Part shown: positions 31,174-43,510 of the stretch, piece after piece
Numbering within the stretch: the first letter of the stretch is position 1
Layout: the number at the start of each line of letters is the position of its first letter
Assembly: GCF_963853765.1 (NCBI RefSeq)
Contig: NC_088858.1
Coordinates: 41,354,001 to 41,418,000 of the forward strand
Reading direction: 5' to 3'
Length of the DNA: 64,000 nt
Origin: Magallana gigas
Taxonomy: Eukaryota
Position numbers and translations under genes: made by a program
The notes under the pieces: generated by a model
What the model saw: only the letters and a program-made list of their open reading frames with translations
Told to the model about the DNA's origin: nothing
Databases searched by the model: none

Positions 31174-32707
31174 GAGACAATTCAGGAATTTAAACGGTAC
31201 CTTCTACGATTAATTTGCGAATGGAATGGGATATATCATGTGATTTTTGATTCCGAATTGTTTGAAGTCAAGATACATGTTTAAATTCCACATTATAATG
31301 GTTATAAATTGCAATTGCCATGCTAGCAATATTCGTGATGCACATTAACACATTAGCAATGTTTACTATTGGTTTTTTATTTTCATTTTACTTTTAATTT
31401 TCGAAATGTTAATGGGAAAACTACGGTTTAAGAAAAATAAACGCAAAGGATGTTGACTGGTACGAAGATAAGAGTTGCTTTAGCGCTGTATTTATTTACT
31501 GATTATAAATATATAAACATGCAAGTGTTAGGCGATTTGTATATGCAATCAACGAATTAAGACTCGTATTCATGAATCAATGCATAAAAAATTTAATTTA
31601 ATATATTTATTCATATCTTCATTTCATTATTCATACCCAGATGTTATCCAGAATGTCGTATAAACTCGATTGGGTTAATATGTGATACTATTAGCTTATT
31701 GGTTTTATCCAGTTTCCATTGGATTTATGTATGTACATGTATATCCCGGAAGGTATGCTTATGAATATATATTTTTATACTTGAATGAAACGCCTATTTT
31801 TTCATCTCTTAGATGTTGCTAATTATTTACAGCAACATACTGTAAAACAAGGTTTTTTACACGTGCAATAAAATCTTTAATGTTTCTGAGATTCTCGAGC
31901 TCGTTGTCGCAATTACAACAATACCTATCTCTGTTTATCAAGCAACCATAGCAGCTGCTACATGTATTTGTTGTGTTAATGTCAATGGTAGCGCTATTTA
32001 TCTATTGTATATAGGGAAAACTTGGTTTTTAACATTATGTAAATACATGTATCTATTGAAATGATGCCAAGGTGTAACCATGCTTATCATCGTTAAAATT
32101 ATACGGTTTAAACTTTTCAATCTTTGATTTATGGTGATCTCGTGTTGACATCTACCACACCACTGGTTCGAAATAAGTTAATTTTTGTTAATGTTTTACA
32201 ATTTCAACGATGGACTAGGATTTTAAGTTCATATTTTTAGTTAATACAAATGTTAGATGTTAAATGTAAAACGGATATTTTTTCACTAGGGAGGTAGGTC
32301 AAAGAATGTTTCGTAGAATACCGGTATTTTGATTGAGAAGAAAGTTTTCAGTTATTTTCAACATTTAATTGTATCTACAGGATAAAAACATAGATACCAA
32401 AGTATATATAATGAACAAAAACTATTTTGTATCGAGATTTAAAACAACAACAATACACATTCATGTTCATTTTGAATATTTCATTTTATAAGATAAAAAA
32501 TTCGTCGTACATAAAATCGAACATCAACATCATAAGAATTCTAAACAGAAACGATTTACAACACTCTCAATGAAAAGGTTCTCTGGACAAAATACAATTT
32601 CAACTTACAGATAAAAAAATTAACATTAAAATTGCCATTTTTGAATGAAATGGAAAGGCTTGTATGTCTGCATATTTTTTTTTCAGGTTTGAGTGACGTC
32701 ATGTTTA

Positions 32708-34634
32708 TCACGTGATTTCGCTGTTGTACATCTGACCCAGAAGTCGCTTGGTCGTCCTGAATTTGGGGTCCCGGGATTTGATGCTCTTGGTTTTGTTGAC
32801 CGGGGCTTCCTCTATCTGCTTCAGTCTTTCCTCCAGTCGTCGCAGACGTTCGTCTCCCTGTCTCTGCTTTAGCTCCAGCTGACGAATCTGTTCCTGCTGT
32901 TTATAACGGTCCTCTTTCAATATGGCGATTTCTTCCTGTTGCCGCTCGTTTTCTTGCTGGCCCTCCTCGTGAAGAATCTCGAGTTTCGTGATCTGCCGTT
33001 TCTGGCGGATAATGTCCTTTTCAATTTCCTTGATTTTCATCAGCTGTATGTTAAGCTCCATTTCTTTTTCTTCCAGTGCATTTTTCTGTTCTTCCAGTCT
33101 CCTTTCCATGTCTTGTAATTCCCGAGCTTTGCGCCCAAGTTCTTCCTTTGCCTCTTTAGCACCTTCGCCATTTTCCCTAAGATTCTTATTCTCCAACTGC
33201 AACTGGATGATTTTTTGCTGGAAGTTGTTCAGCTTCTCAATCAGTGCCCTGTTAGTTTTTCGCAGCCTCTCGTTTTCTTCCTTCACCTTGCGGATTTCTT
33301 CTTCGCTGACCGGAATATTTGAGGATGTCGTCTTCGATATCTTTTGGAAGAGCTCAGCAATGGTTGGTGCGATGCGAACAAGTTCCTGCTCCAATATGTT
33401 CATGTCCACTGACAAGTCTTTCTCGTTTAGTCGTTTGTCATCGCTAGAAGCGGCTGATGGCGGTTGCTCGTCTGCCACGTAAGATGGTTGAGGTGGCTGC
33501 GCTTGGTTTGGGAATCTAGTTACTGAATTGACCTCTCCCGTGCTGGGCTGACGGACCATTCCTCCTCGAGCGCCGCTATTACTTGTTGGACGTCGTGAGC
33601 TTGCGCTGTTGGGGTTACTTCCGGAATTCTGAGACCGCCATGCTTGTCTTGCAGATCGCCGATTTTTCTCTCCGGTTTCACCATCTCTGCTTATATCAGT
33701 ACTTCCGCTCTACAACATTCAATTTTAAACATGATCTATTTTTCAACATTTCAGAAAGTTTTGTAATATTAAAAAGCATTGTTTTATCCTTAGCAAATGC
33801 CTTGTAATAATTGTACCAAGGTGCTTAAATGCTTACTGAAGCTGTGGAAGGTCTTTGTGAGCCTCGGGTGTCTGGCCTTAAATCACTAGAGGCCGCGGAA
33901 GCTGTTATAAAAATGATGCACATCAAATAAAAATCAAAATGTGGAAATCAATTACTGTTCTAGAATTCCCGCCTAGTTTGTATGATTAATCATATCTCCA
34001 TTGTTTTTTGTTATTGACCTGTACAGATTTATAAAAGTCACGTGATTTGCGATGAGACGTGGTTCCACCCAATAGTTTAAGATAATTTATAGTGGTGATT
34101 TAAATCCTTATTTTAAATTTAATGCTGACGTCAATATGCATATCAAATTGCGTGAAATCCAGTGCGAGTTTTTCTCGAAAAAATGAAACTTGCACGCGTT
34201 TGCAATTCAATTTTATTAGTTTCTTACGCAAAATTAGAAATAAATATACACTTGTATACTGTATGATGCCATTTTAAAGCTACAGGAAATACATAATGAC
34301 AAGAAACCGCCTTACCGTCTTCCACCAGTGGGTGAACCACCATCACGTTACCACTGGGGAGGTTCAGTTTCTCCATCAGGGACGTGTATCGGTTGTCTGT
34401 TCTCATGGCGTGGAGCACGGTGGTAAACATCTCGTACCCCTTCTCGCCGGCCTGGATGAGGACGTTCAGGAACTTTTCGGCCTTCATTTGGCGCGTGCTG
34501 GGCTGCACCATCATGATATCTCTTTTATTCTGGGCAGTAAAAATCCCAGCCTCCATCATCGCATCAATAAAATCCTCCACGTAGATTTCATTCTTCAGGT
34601 ATTGCCAGTTCTTCCACAACATTCGCTCATCCAT
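32708..34634 (-). CDS. CARD + coiled-coil protein C (about 461 aa), close paralog of B
   Basis: Exons 34634-34316 (CARD: LWKNWQYLKNEI...AEKFLNVLIQAGEKGYEMFTTVL, phase 1), micro-exon 33901-33837 (65 nt, phase 1 to 0), and 33709-32708 (Ser/Arg/Pro linker plus coiled coil). Shares ELVRIAPTIAELFQKI and ENERLRK.NRALIEKLN.FQ..IIQLQLENK.LR with gene B. Confidence 0.85.
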
Positions 34635-36379
34635 GTTTGGTGGTTGTATGTTTTTTTCCCTTTGTATGGAGATTCAGTAACTAGATTCAGTACATGTTTG
34701 TTCCTTCCGATTTGGTTCTATACTGCTAAATCTACCAGGGCTAATCAAGTGTCATTCTAACAGTCGGATGAACAATGGAAAGACTTGGCAACGCTAAGAG
34801 GTCCTTCAATAGATCGCATTGCATTCTTATGACGACTGTATCAATTAGATGGCCATTCCCCAACAGAACCTCTGTGTATTTGCATACTGGGATACCATTG
34901 GTTATCAGATAATCTGAATATTGTTAATTAAAACTCAAGTAAAAGATAGATAGGAATAAATAGATATGGCTTTTCTTTGTTGTTATGATGGTATCTCTTA
35001 GTTTTTAAACCCCCGTTGAAGCCCTGTGGTTCCTGTATACAATGGTCAAATGTATACGTCATTGTTGCTGCAGGTGTACAGTTCTGTAAGAAATGGCAAA
35101 GGTATCGCTTGTTTGTCCTCCATTTCCTATTGTAGTCACGTGGTGTATTTTTTGCTTGACAAAGACATTCGTCAGTTTTGATCATTGTTCAGTTTGGTGC
35201 ACTAAGATGTTTTCCATAAACAAAGATTTTATTCATATCTAAAACTGACTTATAATCTAATTTTATCCCTTACTCAACCACATCAAAGGACAATGAATAA
35301 TAATGTAAATCTTCTTGAGAAGTCAAACCTGTAATTTGTGAAAGACCATTTATTTCTGTTCAATGTTGATTTTTTATGCTTAAAAAGTTTTAAGATTTTC
35401 AATATCTCAACCTCTTATAAATGTAGACTAATGTTTTGTTATGGATTCGGTGCTAACCTCTTATCAATCTTCTTCCAGTACAGGTAAGAGAACGTTTCAA
35501 ATCCTGCAGTTGTATCCAGCAAATTTTATTTTTGCTCAGGATCTTCGCAGCTGCTTAGTTGATTGATTACATGCATAAGGCATTCTATAGTTTAATGTCC
35601 GATTTGTTGTGTAATTGTTAAACTTGAAATCGTTACTATACAATTTGTTAACAACTTTATCAAATTTTAAAACGACTTTTTGAAAGATTAATGTTAAACA
35701 GCTGCACCAAAAAGGGGACTGGAGGAGGTGTGTGGCTATCTGGGGGAGCACAGAACTAAACCTCCCACAGTTCAAGGATTTGTCACCAACTCTTCAAGTG
35801 TGAGTTTTTAATTTCCTGTGATTTTTTAAAATAAGAAACATCTGATAAATTCGGTTTACATAAAAACGTTTGTTTAACATTGTTTTTACTTTTGATGTAA
35901 ACAGAAGAATTACGGCCGTTAATCTTGTATGTTTTACTTCTTGATTATGTGGCTGAGACTAAGTTGCTTTCAATTAATGTCCATTAGATATTCAAAACAA
36001 TGAGAATACAGCCGTTCAGGTACGTGCTCCCGGATTACGAAGCTTACAGATTTGTTATAATCTAAAACCAAAAAGATATTTATCTCGATGAATTGCGATA
36101 TTTTATACAATGCATATTTTATTATGTAACAAATTAAAAAAAATCATTTTTCTCATTTTATTTTATAAATATGCATTTATATTTACAACAAATTGTCGAA
36201 AAAATTCCCTCAGATTGTTTACGAGTTCATTTCACAACCACATGTTCACTTAAAAAGGATGTATGGCACTAGAAAACAAAACATGACGAAACCATAATTA
36301 TACGTAATGATGGTGCAGTAACTCGCAAAAGCACTAATTCGTCTCTTTTGTTTCCAACCCCGTACTATACAGTAAAGTA

Positions 36380-37771
36380 TCACATATTGGATCCAGTAAT
36401 TAAAGAAGGATTTGGGATTTCGGACATGGTAGGAACTGTCAGACTGATGCTACGGTTAGAGGAATGGATCCGCGGTCCCATCGGGATGCGGTTGTTTTCC
36501 CCGGTTTTCAGTTTCTCTAGTTTTTCTAGCCATACCTTGTATAGGTCGTATGTCTCTAGGGACTGGATTCGTGGAACGTGCCACTTTGTTCTAGTAATGG
36601 ACATTCCTTCTTTTTCTAATCCAGTGGAACAAGGGTTAAGATTTTTCGAAAGATGGCCCGCAGAACGAGATCTCGAGTTATCGACTTTTGCCCCCGGGGG
36701 CAGCTTCCACTGGATTCCAATGGTTTCAATCTTACTGCGTCCTTTACGGTAAGAGATTTGTTTGTACAACGAAGAATCACTTTTGAAACTTTTCTGACTA
36801 CATGGAGTAGAATTTATTTCACTTCTTCCATCTTGTACTGGTGAATATATTTCGGGCGTTTTCCGCACATATGCAGCACTTTTCGGGGCAGTTTTCTCGG
36901 GTTTCTCTCGATCCACTCCGCTCCACGTAACTCGTCTCGCAGATTTTCGTTTAGAAGTTTCTTTCGGCGATGGAACTGGTGAAGAGGACTGGTTGCTATA
37001 CGTGTCGAGGTCATTCATACCAAGGGTCAAGTCTTCATAATCAGGGGTCATCGGTGTTTGGCCTTTCTTCAAGATGCTTGTTTCAGGTTTGGCGATGGAA
37101 TGCTTGTCAGGATACTTATTCTGAGGTAGGAAAATTCCTTTTTGTTTATAAACTTTGACATAAGTGGAGTCATCTTTGTCGATGGGAACGCGGGGATAAG
37201 TTGATGGACGGTCCAATCTTTTAACGAACGCGCTCTCACCATTGGTGTGATCCATAACCACGCGCTTAGCAACTGGTGTAGTGGCGCGGTTAGAAATCTG
37301 AGGCAGTGTTGAGGAGGAATTTTTGCGATTATCAAAGAAGACTTTCATCTTCTCCTGATTCCGTCTGACAGTATCACTGTTTCTCCTCATCTGCTCATGG
37401 CGTTTGATTAGCTGATGGCCCTCGCTGCTGATACGGCTTTTCTCCATTTGCATTTCGGAATTGAATTTCTTATTCAGACTAGAAAGCCGAAGGTACTCCT
37501 TGAGATTCTCTCTCTTAAGTTTATTCACGACCTCTGTCCGATTACACAGTTCTCCTGGGATGCCCTGCCTTAATTTACTGGCAATGCTATTCCTGAGAAG
37601 GTTTTTATCCACTAGGTTATTTTGCACCAAATACACGTCTTCTCTCACTTTGAAAATCTTTGTTTTTCCACACTCACTTTTAATTGAACTTGTCCTTTCT
37701 TTTGAATAGCTCTCCGATGTTGAGTAGTTGGAACTATTTTCTTTCCTCTCTATGTACGGGGACTCTCTCAT
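36380..37771 (-). CDS. Uncharacterised 463-aa basic Ser/Lys/Arg-rich protein; single coding exon
   Basis: Uninterrupted 1392-nt ORF in very AT-rich DNA, where chance ORFs are under about 150 aa. Start context aagATG with an in-frame stop 5 codons upstream. A splice acceptor (tttcattttag) at about 37812-37822 suggests a separate 5' UTR exon. No domain recognised. Confidence 0.75.
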   Translation of the reverse strand: MRESPYIERKENSSNYSTSESYSKERTSSIKSECGKTKIFKVREDVYLVQNNLVDKNLLRNSIASKLRQGIPGELCNRTEVVNKLKRENLKEYLRLSSLNKKFNSEMQMEKSRISSEGHQLIKRHEQMRRNSDTVRRNQEKMKVFFDNRKNSSSTLPQISNRATTPVAKRVVMDHTNGESAFVKRLDRPSTYPRVPIDKDDSTYVKVYKQKGIFLPQNKYPDKHSIAKPETSILKKGQTPMTPDYEDLTLGMNDLDTYSNQSSSPVPSPKETSKRKSARRVTWSGVDREKPEKTAPKSAAYVRKTPEIYSPVQDGRSEINSTPCSQKSFKSDSSLYKQISYRKGRSKIETIGIQWKLPPGAKVDNSRSRSAGHLSKNLNPCSTGLEKEGMSITRTKWHVPRIQSLETYDLYKVWLEKLEKLKTGENNRIPMGPRIHSSNRSISLTVPTMSEIPNPSLITGSNM

Positions 37772-40005
37772 CTTGACAAACTTTTACCAAAATCAGTTCT
37801 CCAAGCTTTGTCTAAAATGAAATAACAAAAATGGTAAAGTTAATCAGACACACCCTGATTTCTCTCTGTCAAAGTGATCTATCGAATCGGTTTCCCCCGG
37901 ACACTTCAAACCCAAAGAAAACATGAGACTACCGAAACCATACACTTTTTGCTTAAGATTTAATAAGTCCAAGAACGGTCTTGTTTTGTAACGAGCATTG
38001 TCAACATCAATGGAGATAAAAGCGGCCTTATTACACACATAAAGTATTCCCGACCGAGACGAGCGCTAGCAGTCCCCTTGGTTTAGTGGAGGGTTCCTGT
38101 CGTTACATTCCGTTTTATACTGACAAACACGGGCTTGACTTTTGTCACCTACGGCGAGTCCTCCAAAGAATATCGAGTATCTTATCAACAAAATATAAGC
38201 TTTTCATCGATCAAACACTTTTATAATGTACCTGCTCAACTTTAAAATGACTCGAAACCATCGAAAATGACATTCGTGAACCAAATATTATAACCACCAT
38301 ACGTCATTTTGCAAGGTTAAACCGAGGCGCTTTTGAAAACAAAGTGAGCTAATATTGTCGAAAACATTTTTGAGAATGGTGCGATTTTTTGGTTTGTGTC
38401 AAAGGAAAAGAATATATAGAGTACAAAGCTTAATAACTTGGTACTTATTCAACCTCCTTAATATTTAAGATCTATGGAAATCAACAAAAATTCACTTCCA
38501 AATCTTATTTAATTCTATGTTAGAATTAGGAAGTTACAATTGTAGCGTTCTTGGTAAGTTTCCATACTGTTTGAATGCGTCATTTCTAAAAGCATCCAAT
38601 AACAAATTATACCGCTTTAATGAAAGAAAATTTTAAAATCATTTTAATGTTGAACCAATAAAACGTGTTTGTATATTAAAAAATACATGGATATGGAAGC
38701 TAAATTTGTTTTGATGAAAATTCGCCCCCCCCCCCCCCCCCCCGACCTTTGTCCGCCCACTTCTTCAGGAAAAAAATTGGATTCAAGATGTTGTATAAAG
38801 GTATGTCTATGAGAAAGTCTCGGCCAAAGCACTCTTGTGTTTGTACATTTACATTAGCTCTCAGTTGTCTTAAGCTACTTGACTGATAGATACAGGACAA
38901 GGACGTATGATGCACTCAATAAGGAAACGGTCGCTGATTGGTCAGATTTCTCAAGTACCCGTATTAAACTTTTACCTTTCCAAGTGATTTATGTATTGCT
39001 GATATTAATGTCCATTTCTTATAAAATATACCATGTTTATGAGGCCACTATATCGTGTTCCGTGATAAAAGTATGAAGTTAGTAATCCTTCACCTCTCCA
39101 GCTTTGTTTGATTTGTCAATTCGATTTTTATTGAATGAATTAGTGCACCTGCATCTTACCAATCTTCGAATGAACCTCAACTTTTAACGTTATTGTCAAG
39201 TAGAGAAGTGGCGACCGTTTCTCAGTTTTACAAGGCTTTATTTCTGATAATAATATATGTGGCGGCAAAGGGAACAGCCTGTTCAGACCTTTGTCATATA
39301 TATGCATATTTAGCGAAATATTTCTTTGAAGCCGTTAAAGTTCAGATTTTCGCCAATTTTGAAAACGTATCGAGACCCCCAAAGGTTGTTTGGAGTAGGA
39401 ATCAATTTCAGTAAATTTGAAATAATGAAGAACATAAAAAGGCATATAGACACCGTTTGACTTTGACCGTTGTAAAACGTATAACAATAATCCAACTATT
39501 ATAGATGTTTTTCAATATTTTTATAGAGAGCTCTTCATCTAAAGGAGATAAATATGGTCTAAAAATGGCCACAACCATCTAGCCCTCTTAAATGTACAGA
39601 TTAACAGCTTAAATAATGGTCTTAAATGTACAAATTGACATCCAAAAGTTCACGTTAGAATATAGCTAAACTAGTAAAGTGGTTGTCCTTGGGCTAACCG
39701 AATTTCACAACACAATAATGTCACTCGCATTGGATATATTATTAAGAAAACGAAAATCGGAACCAAAAATCAATGTTCAATTGCACGATTTTAATCAAAT
39801 ATTTAAACGTTTGACCCTCATATCAACACTAGCTTTAGAAAAACAGTGTAGCATTGACAACTTGACTATTCCACACCAATAAATACTCATTCATGGTAAC
39901 TGTATGATTTTACAATAACCGTATTTAGTATGGTTAACATATACAGCATAAAACATTTCGTAAACCATAAACCACTTATAAGCGACATCATTATGGAAGA
40001 ACAAT

Positions 40006-40162
40006 CAGGCACGTAGCAACAAGGAGGGGGCAGCTTCCTCCACATTTTAAAAATATCTATCTTTTTTGTACATTTGTGTATAGAAAATTAAAAGTACAAG
40101 CCAATTAGTTCCTGCACTACTTATCTGGTCTCTCCATTTTGAAAAATGATGCTACGTGCCTG
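40006..40162. mobile_element. 157-bp MITE with 13-bp TIR
   Basis: CAGGCACGTAGCA ... TGCTACGTGCCTG perfect inverted repeats. No TSD evident. Confidence 0.7.
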
Positions 40163-43100
40163 TCATTGAAAAACAGTCAACGGAAATGACTAAATCGAAC
40201 AAAAGGTCCGTCAAACCTGACCCAACAGCATCACGAGCTGTCCGCACGATGCAATCAATGGAGAAGGTACCTACCCGTGCCATCCTGGGCTACAGGAACA
40301 ACAGTCGGTCGTGAGGACAGATTTTAAAACTCCAGTAACTCAGGCACGGTGTAGATAAAATGTTCTTTTAACCGACAGATACACATAGGATTTCCACAAA
40401 GACTGGGGGTAGATCAGCGGATTAAATGAACGGGCGCATTCCACAAATTGGATGGTAAAGTTGAAGTGAACAATATTGACCGCTCTCCTGATCGGGGAGA
40501 CAGTATTGTAGCCAACTACGCCTGCATTGAATGGTCGCGGAAACCCCCACAGTAACCCGTTAACAACGTTATATCTGTCCGCTTTATGACAATCTTTCAA
40601 CACAGAAGCAGTCTTCGAGGGCCATCATTTCCTTTTATCAGGGCAAACAAGAGGTGTTAAAATTTTTCAGTTCAATAAAATATATCTGTTTTGAACGAAT
40701 GGCAGACAATAAGGGTGTAACAGTCGGAAGACCTCGCCGCCGCTGTGCTTTTTATTGTCAATTCGGAATCCATTTGCAAAGTGTGTTAGCTTTATTTGTT
40801 GAATGTTAAAATGCAACAAAATGACGTCTTTTAATTGTGTACAGTCCCATAATAGATATATATTCTGTACTTGAATGATCACAATGGTTAATTCAAATTG
40901 ATTTCCAGAGTAAACATCGCTTAAGTTATGGCCTGTTCGGAACGAGGGACCGTTATATTAAATCTCTAATGAAGCGTCCCTTGGCGTGTCCTAGTTGTCA
41001 AGAATCAGAGGAAGTCATCGTATCTAAAGCTGGCATTTAAAGATATTAAGAAATTAAACACCCGGATCCCATATTTGTAAAGAGCGGATGTAATTCTATA
41101 AAATAATGATGATAATAATTACACGGATTCTGATATTTTTCGTTATTCATACTCAGTCATCAATTTTCAATTGAATAATTCCACAGATTTTAGTTTACAT
41201 GAAGACTAACAAAATCCTTCTTGTAGATTTATATGTAACTGAAATCTTAGGTTAGAAGACAAAGCGCACTAACTGCGATCTACCTTAAACATATTCATAA
41301 ACCTAATTATACCTTCTATACACACGCACTCGGGCAATATTTTCAATTAAATTACAATACCATCAAAAACCAGTTTTCAAAACCCAAATTAATTTTCATT
41401 TTTTAAAATGCGAGCAAAAATAAAATTGGGAGAATTGCCCGCTACGGAGATCGCTAATTATTCACCATGTTATACCGTCACGCTGCGAATGTTTGAGTCA
41501 TATATTGAAGGCAAACGAAATTATAAGATAAGCCCCACTTCAAAAGTAATTAAGCAATTGTGTCCATTCATGCATCACCGGGCCTTCTGCTTTAACATTA
41601 ACCATGAACCCTCGGTCCTGTGGATTTAATCGCCTTAGTACCCGGGGCTTTAACTAGCTCGTTGTGACAGAGCAAGTATGATGAATATGGTTTTCATAAA
41701 GCATGCATTGAAATCTTATCCTACAAACGTTATTTTTTTATCTGTGAAAATTTATGTCAATGACTTCATATCTGCCGTTGGCACACAGTCAAAATGTTCA
41801 GAAGTTAGATATCAATCGAAAAAACGAAAATCATTTTTGTTATTGAGGTTGATATATTCTGGGTCAGTCGTTTTAATCCAGTTTACTTTATTGATTATAA
41901 GTCGCCTTAAACTAAATAATTTTAGCACGTTTTGAAATATCAAAATCTGAATTAGATTATTGTTATCAGGGGAATATACTTCCTTGCTATGTAATCTTGA
42001 TTTTAAAATGCATAGGTTTTTTCTTCTCTTGTATATATAGCTGATGAACCCGTACCCATTGGTTCTAAACCCGTGCAGTATGCTATACGGCTATTTTTAT
42101 CGATACAGATTAATGTCAATAAATGTAGATGAAAACCCACAGCCAGAGAACATTGCGCATAAATTCTTTACATTGATTAATTGATCCCTGATTCCGACAA
42201 CAATCTAAACTATTGTATATAAAAACCTGCATATAAGTTCAATAGGAAGCAAGAACACGATAACAAGCAGCAATTCCCCTTCCTGAGATTATAAATCAAG
42301 ATATCATATTAAAATCTTACCTATTTTTGTGTTTAGGAAAACATTACACTGTCCTTAAAGTGTTTTTCACAGTTCATTATCGCTGGAAATAAAACGCGTT
42401 GATCCTAACGGCCATCATGAGTAAAAAAAAAAGTTTAAAAAATATACAGTATCGTTAAATCAATCGGACTCGGTTTAGAAGTCTATCTCACGATAAATCG
42501 CCTAGAGATCTTGGACTAACCTTTTAATGCTATTAATTCCCACAACACAAACTTACGGAGAAAATCTGTTTAGACTACGCGTAATATTTAAACAATGAGA
42601 ACTGATGAATTCAGCTTGATCAGAAAAAAGATTTTAAAAATATTCAATCAATATTAATGAAAAGATGGATAATCTTAAAATGTCTTTAAAATATCTAACA
42701 AGCCTTGGTATTTTAACGTTTGTAAGATTGTGGAAGGTGAATTAATATCCCATACTTAATTTTAGAATTCAAAAGTAAGAAAATTATTGAGTATATATAA
42801 GCTGTGATTAAGCTTATGTAATTGTAGTGTACAATGGTGCCGCAATACTATTATGCTAGATAACAACTTTGGTGTGAAGAAGAGTACCGTTCCTAAAGAT
42901 ATGAGTAGATATGATTTTTTCTACTTTTTTATCTTTTCTTAATTAAATTATTAATTCTACATACTATATTTGGAATCAATGTATGAGAAGAATTGCGTTT
43001 TTTTCTGTGAGATTTTTCGTTAGTAAGAAATTAATAGATATGGGATGAGTTTTTTATCTACAAAAATTCCAATTTCATATGTTATTATTCTTTAAAAAGA

Positions 43101-43445
43101 ATAATCCTTTAAAGAAAAATTTAATTTCTGATTTTGGTGCACAGACACATGTACAGTATGTTACATTGTAATACAAGTATATTTTCACAAATATTTTAGT
43201 TAATAAAGTTGTACCTATTTCTTTTGACCTTTTCACAATATTTTAATGATATAAATAAAAGGGGGACTTTATTATACAGCTTGGCTTGACTTCGTTAATG
43301 AATAATATATTCATAACTGAACCAATTACATACAAACCTGCTTTGATTCATCCATATTGTAGAGGGATGCCATACTTTTTTTCAATTTCAAATCATTTAT
43401 TCTCTCAAAGCTATATAAATGGTAGAAGAGGTACAGAACAAGCGC

Positions 43446-43479
43446 TATATATATATATATATATATATATGCAGAACAC

Positions 43480-43510
<31 letters not shown>
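43446..43510. repeat. Compound (TA)n/(CA)n microsatellite
   Basis: Direct reading. Confidence 0.97.

Noticed and set aside
32988-33482. 164-aa plus-strand ORF, and similar ORFs at 28522-28737, 29716-29994 and 34296-34760
   Set aside because: Antisense shadows of the CARD and coiled-coil exons; Ser/Phe/Leu-rich as expected from the reverse complement.
34180-34200. ISRE-like gaaaaaatgaaact in intron 1 of gene C
   Set aside because: The spacing is imperfect, and such words are common by chance in DNA this AT-rich.
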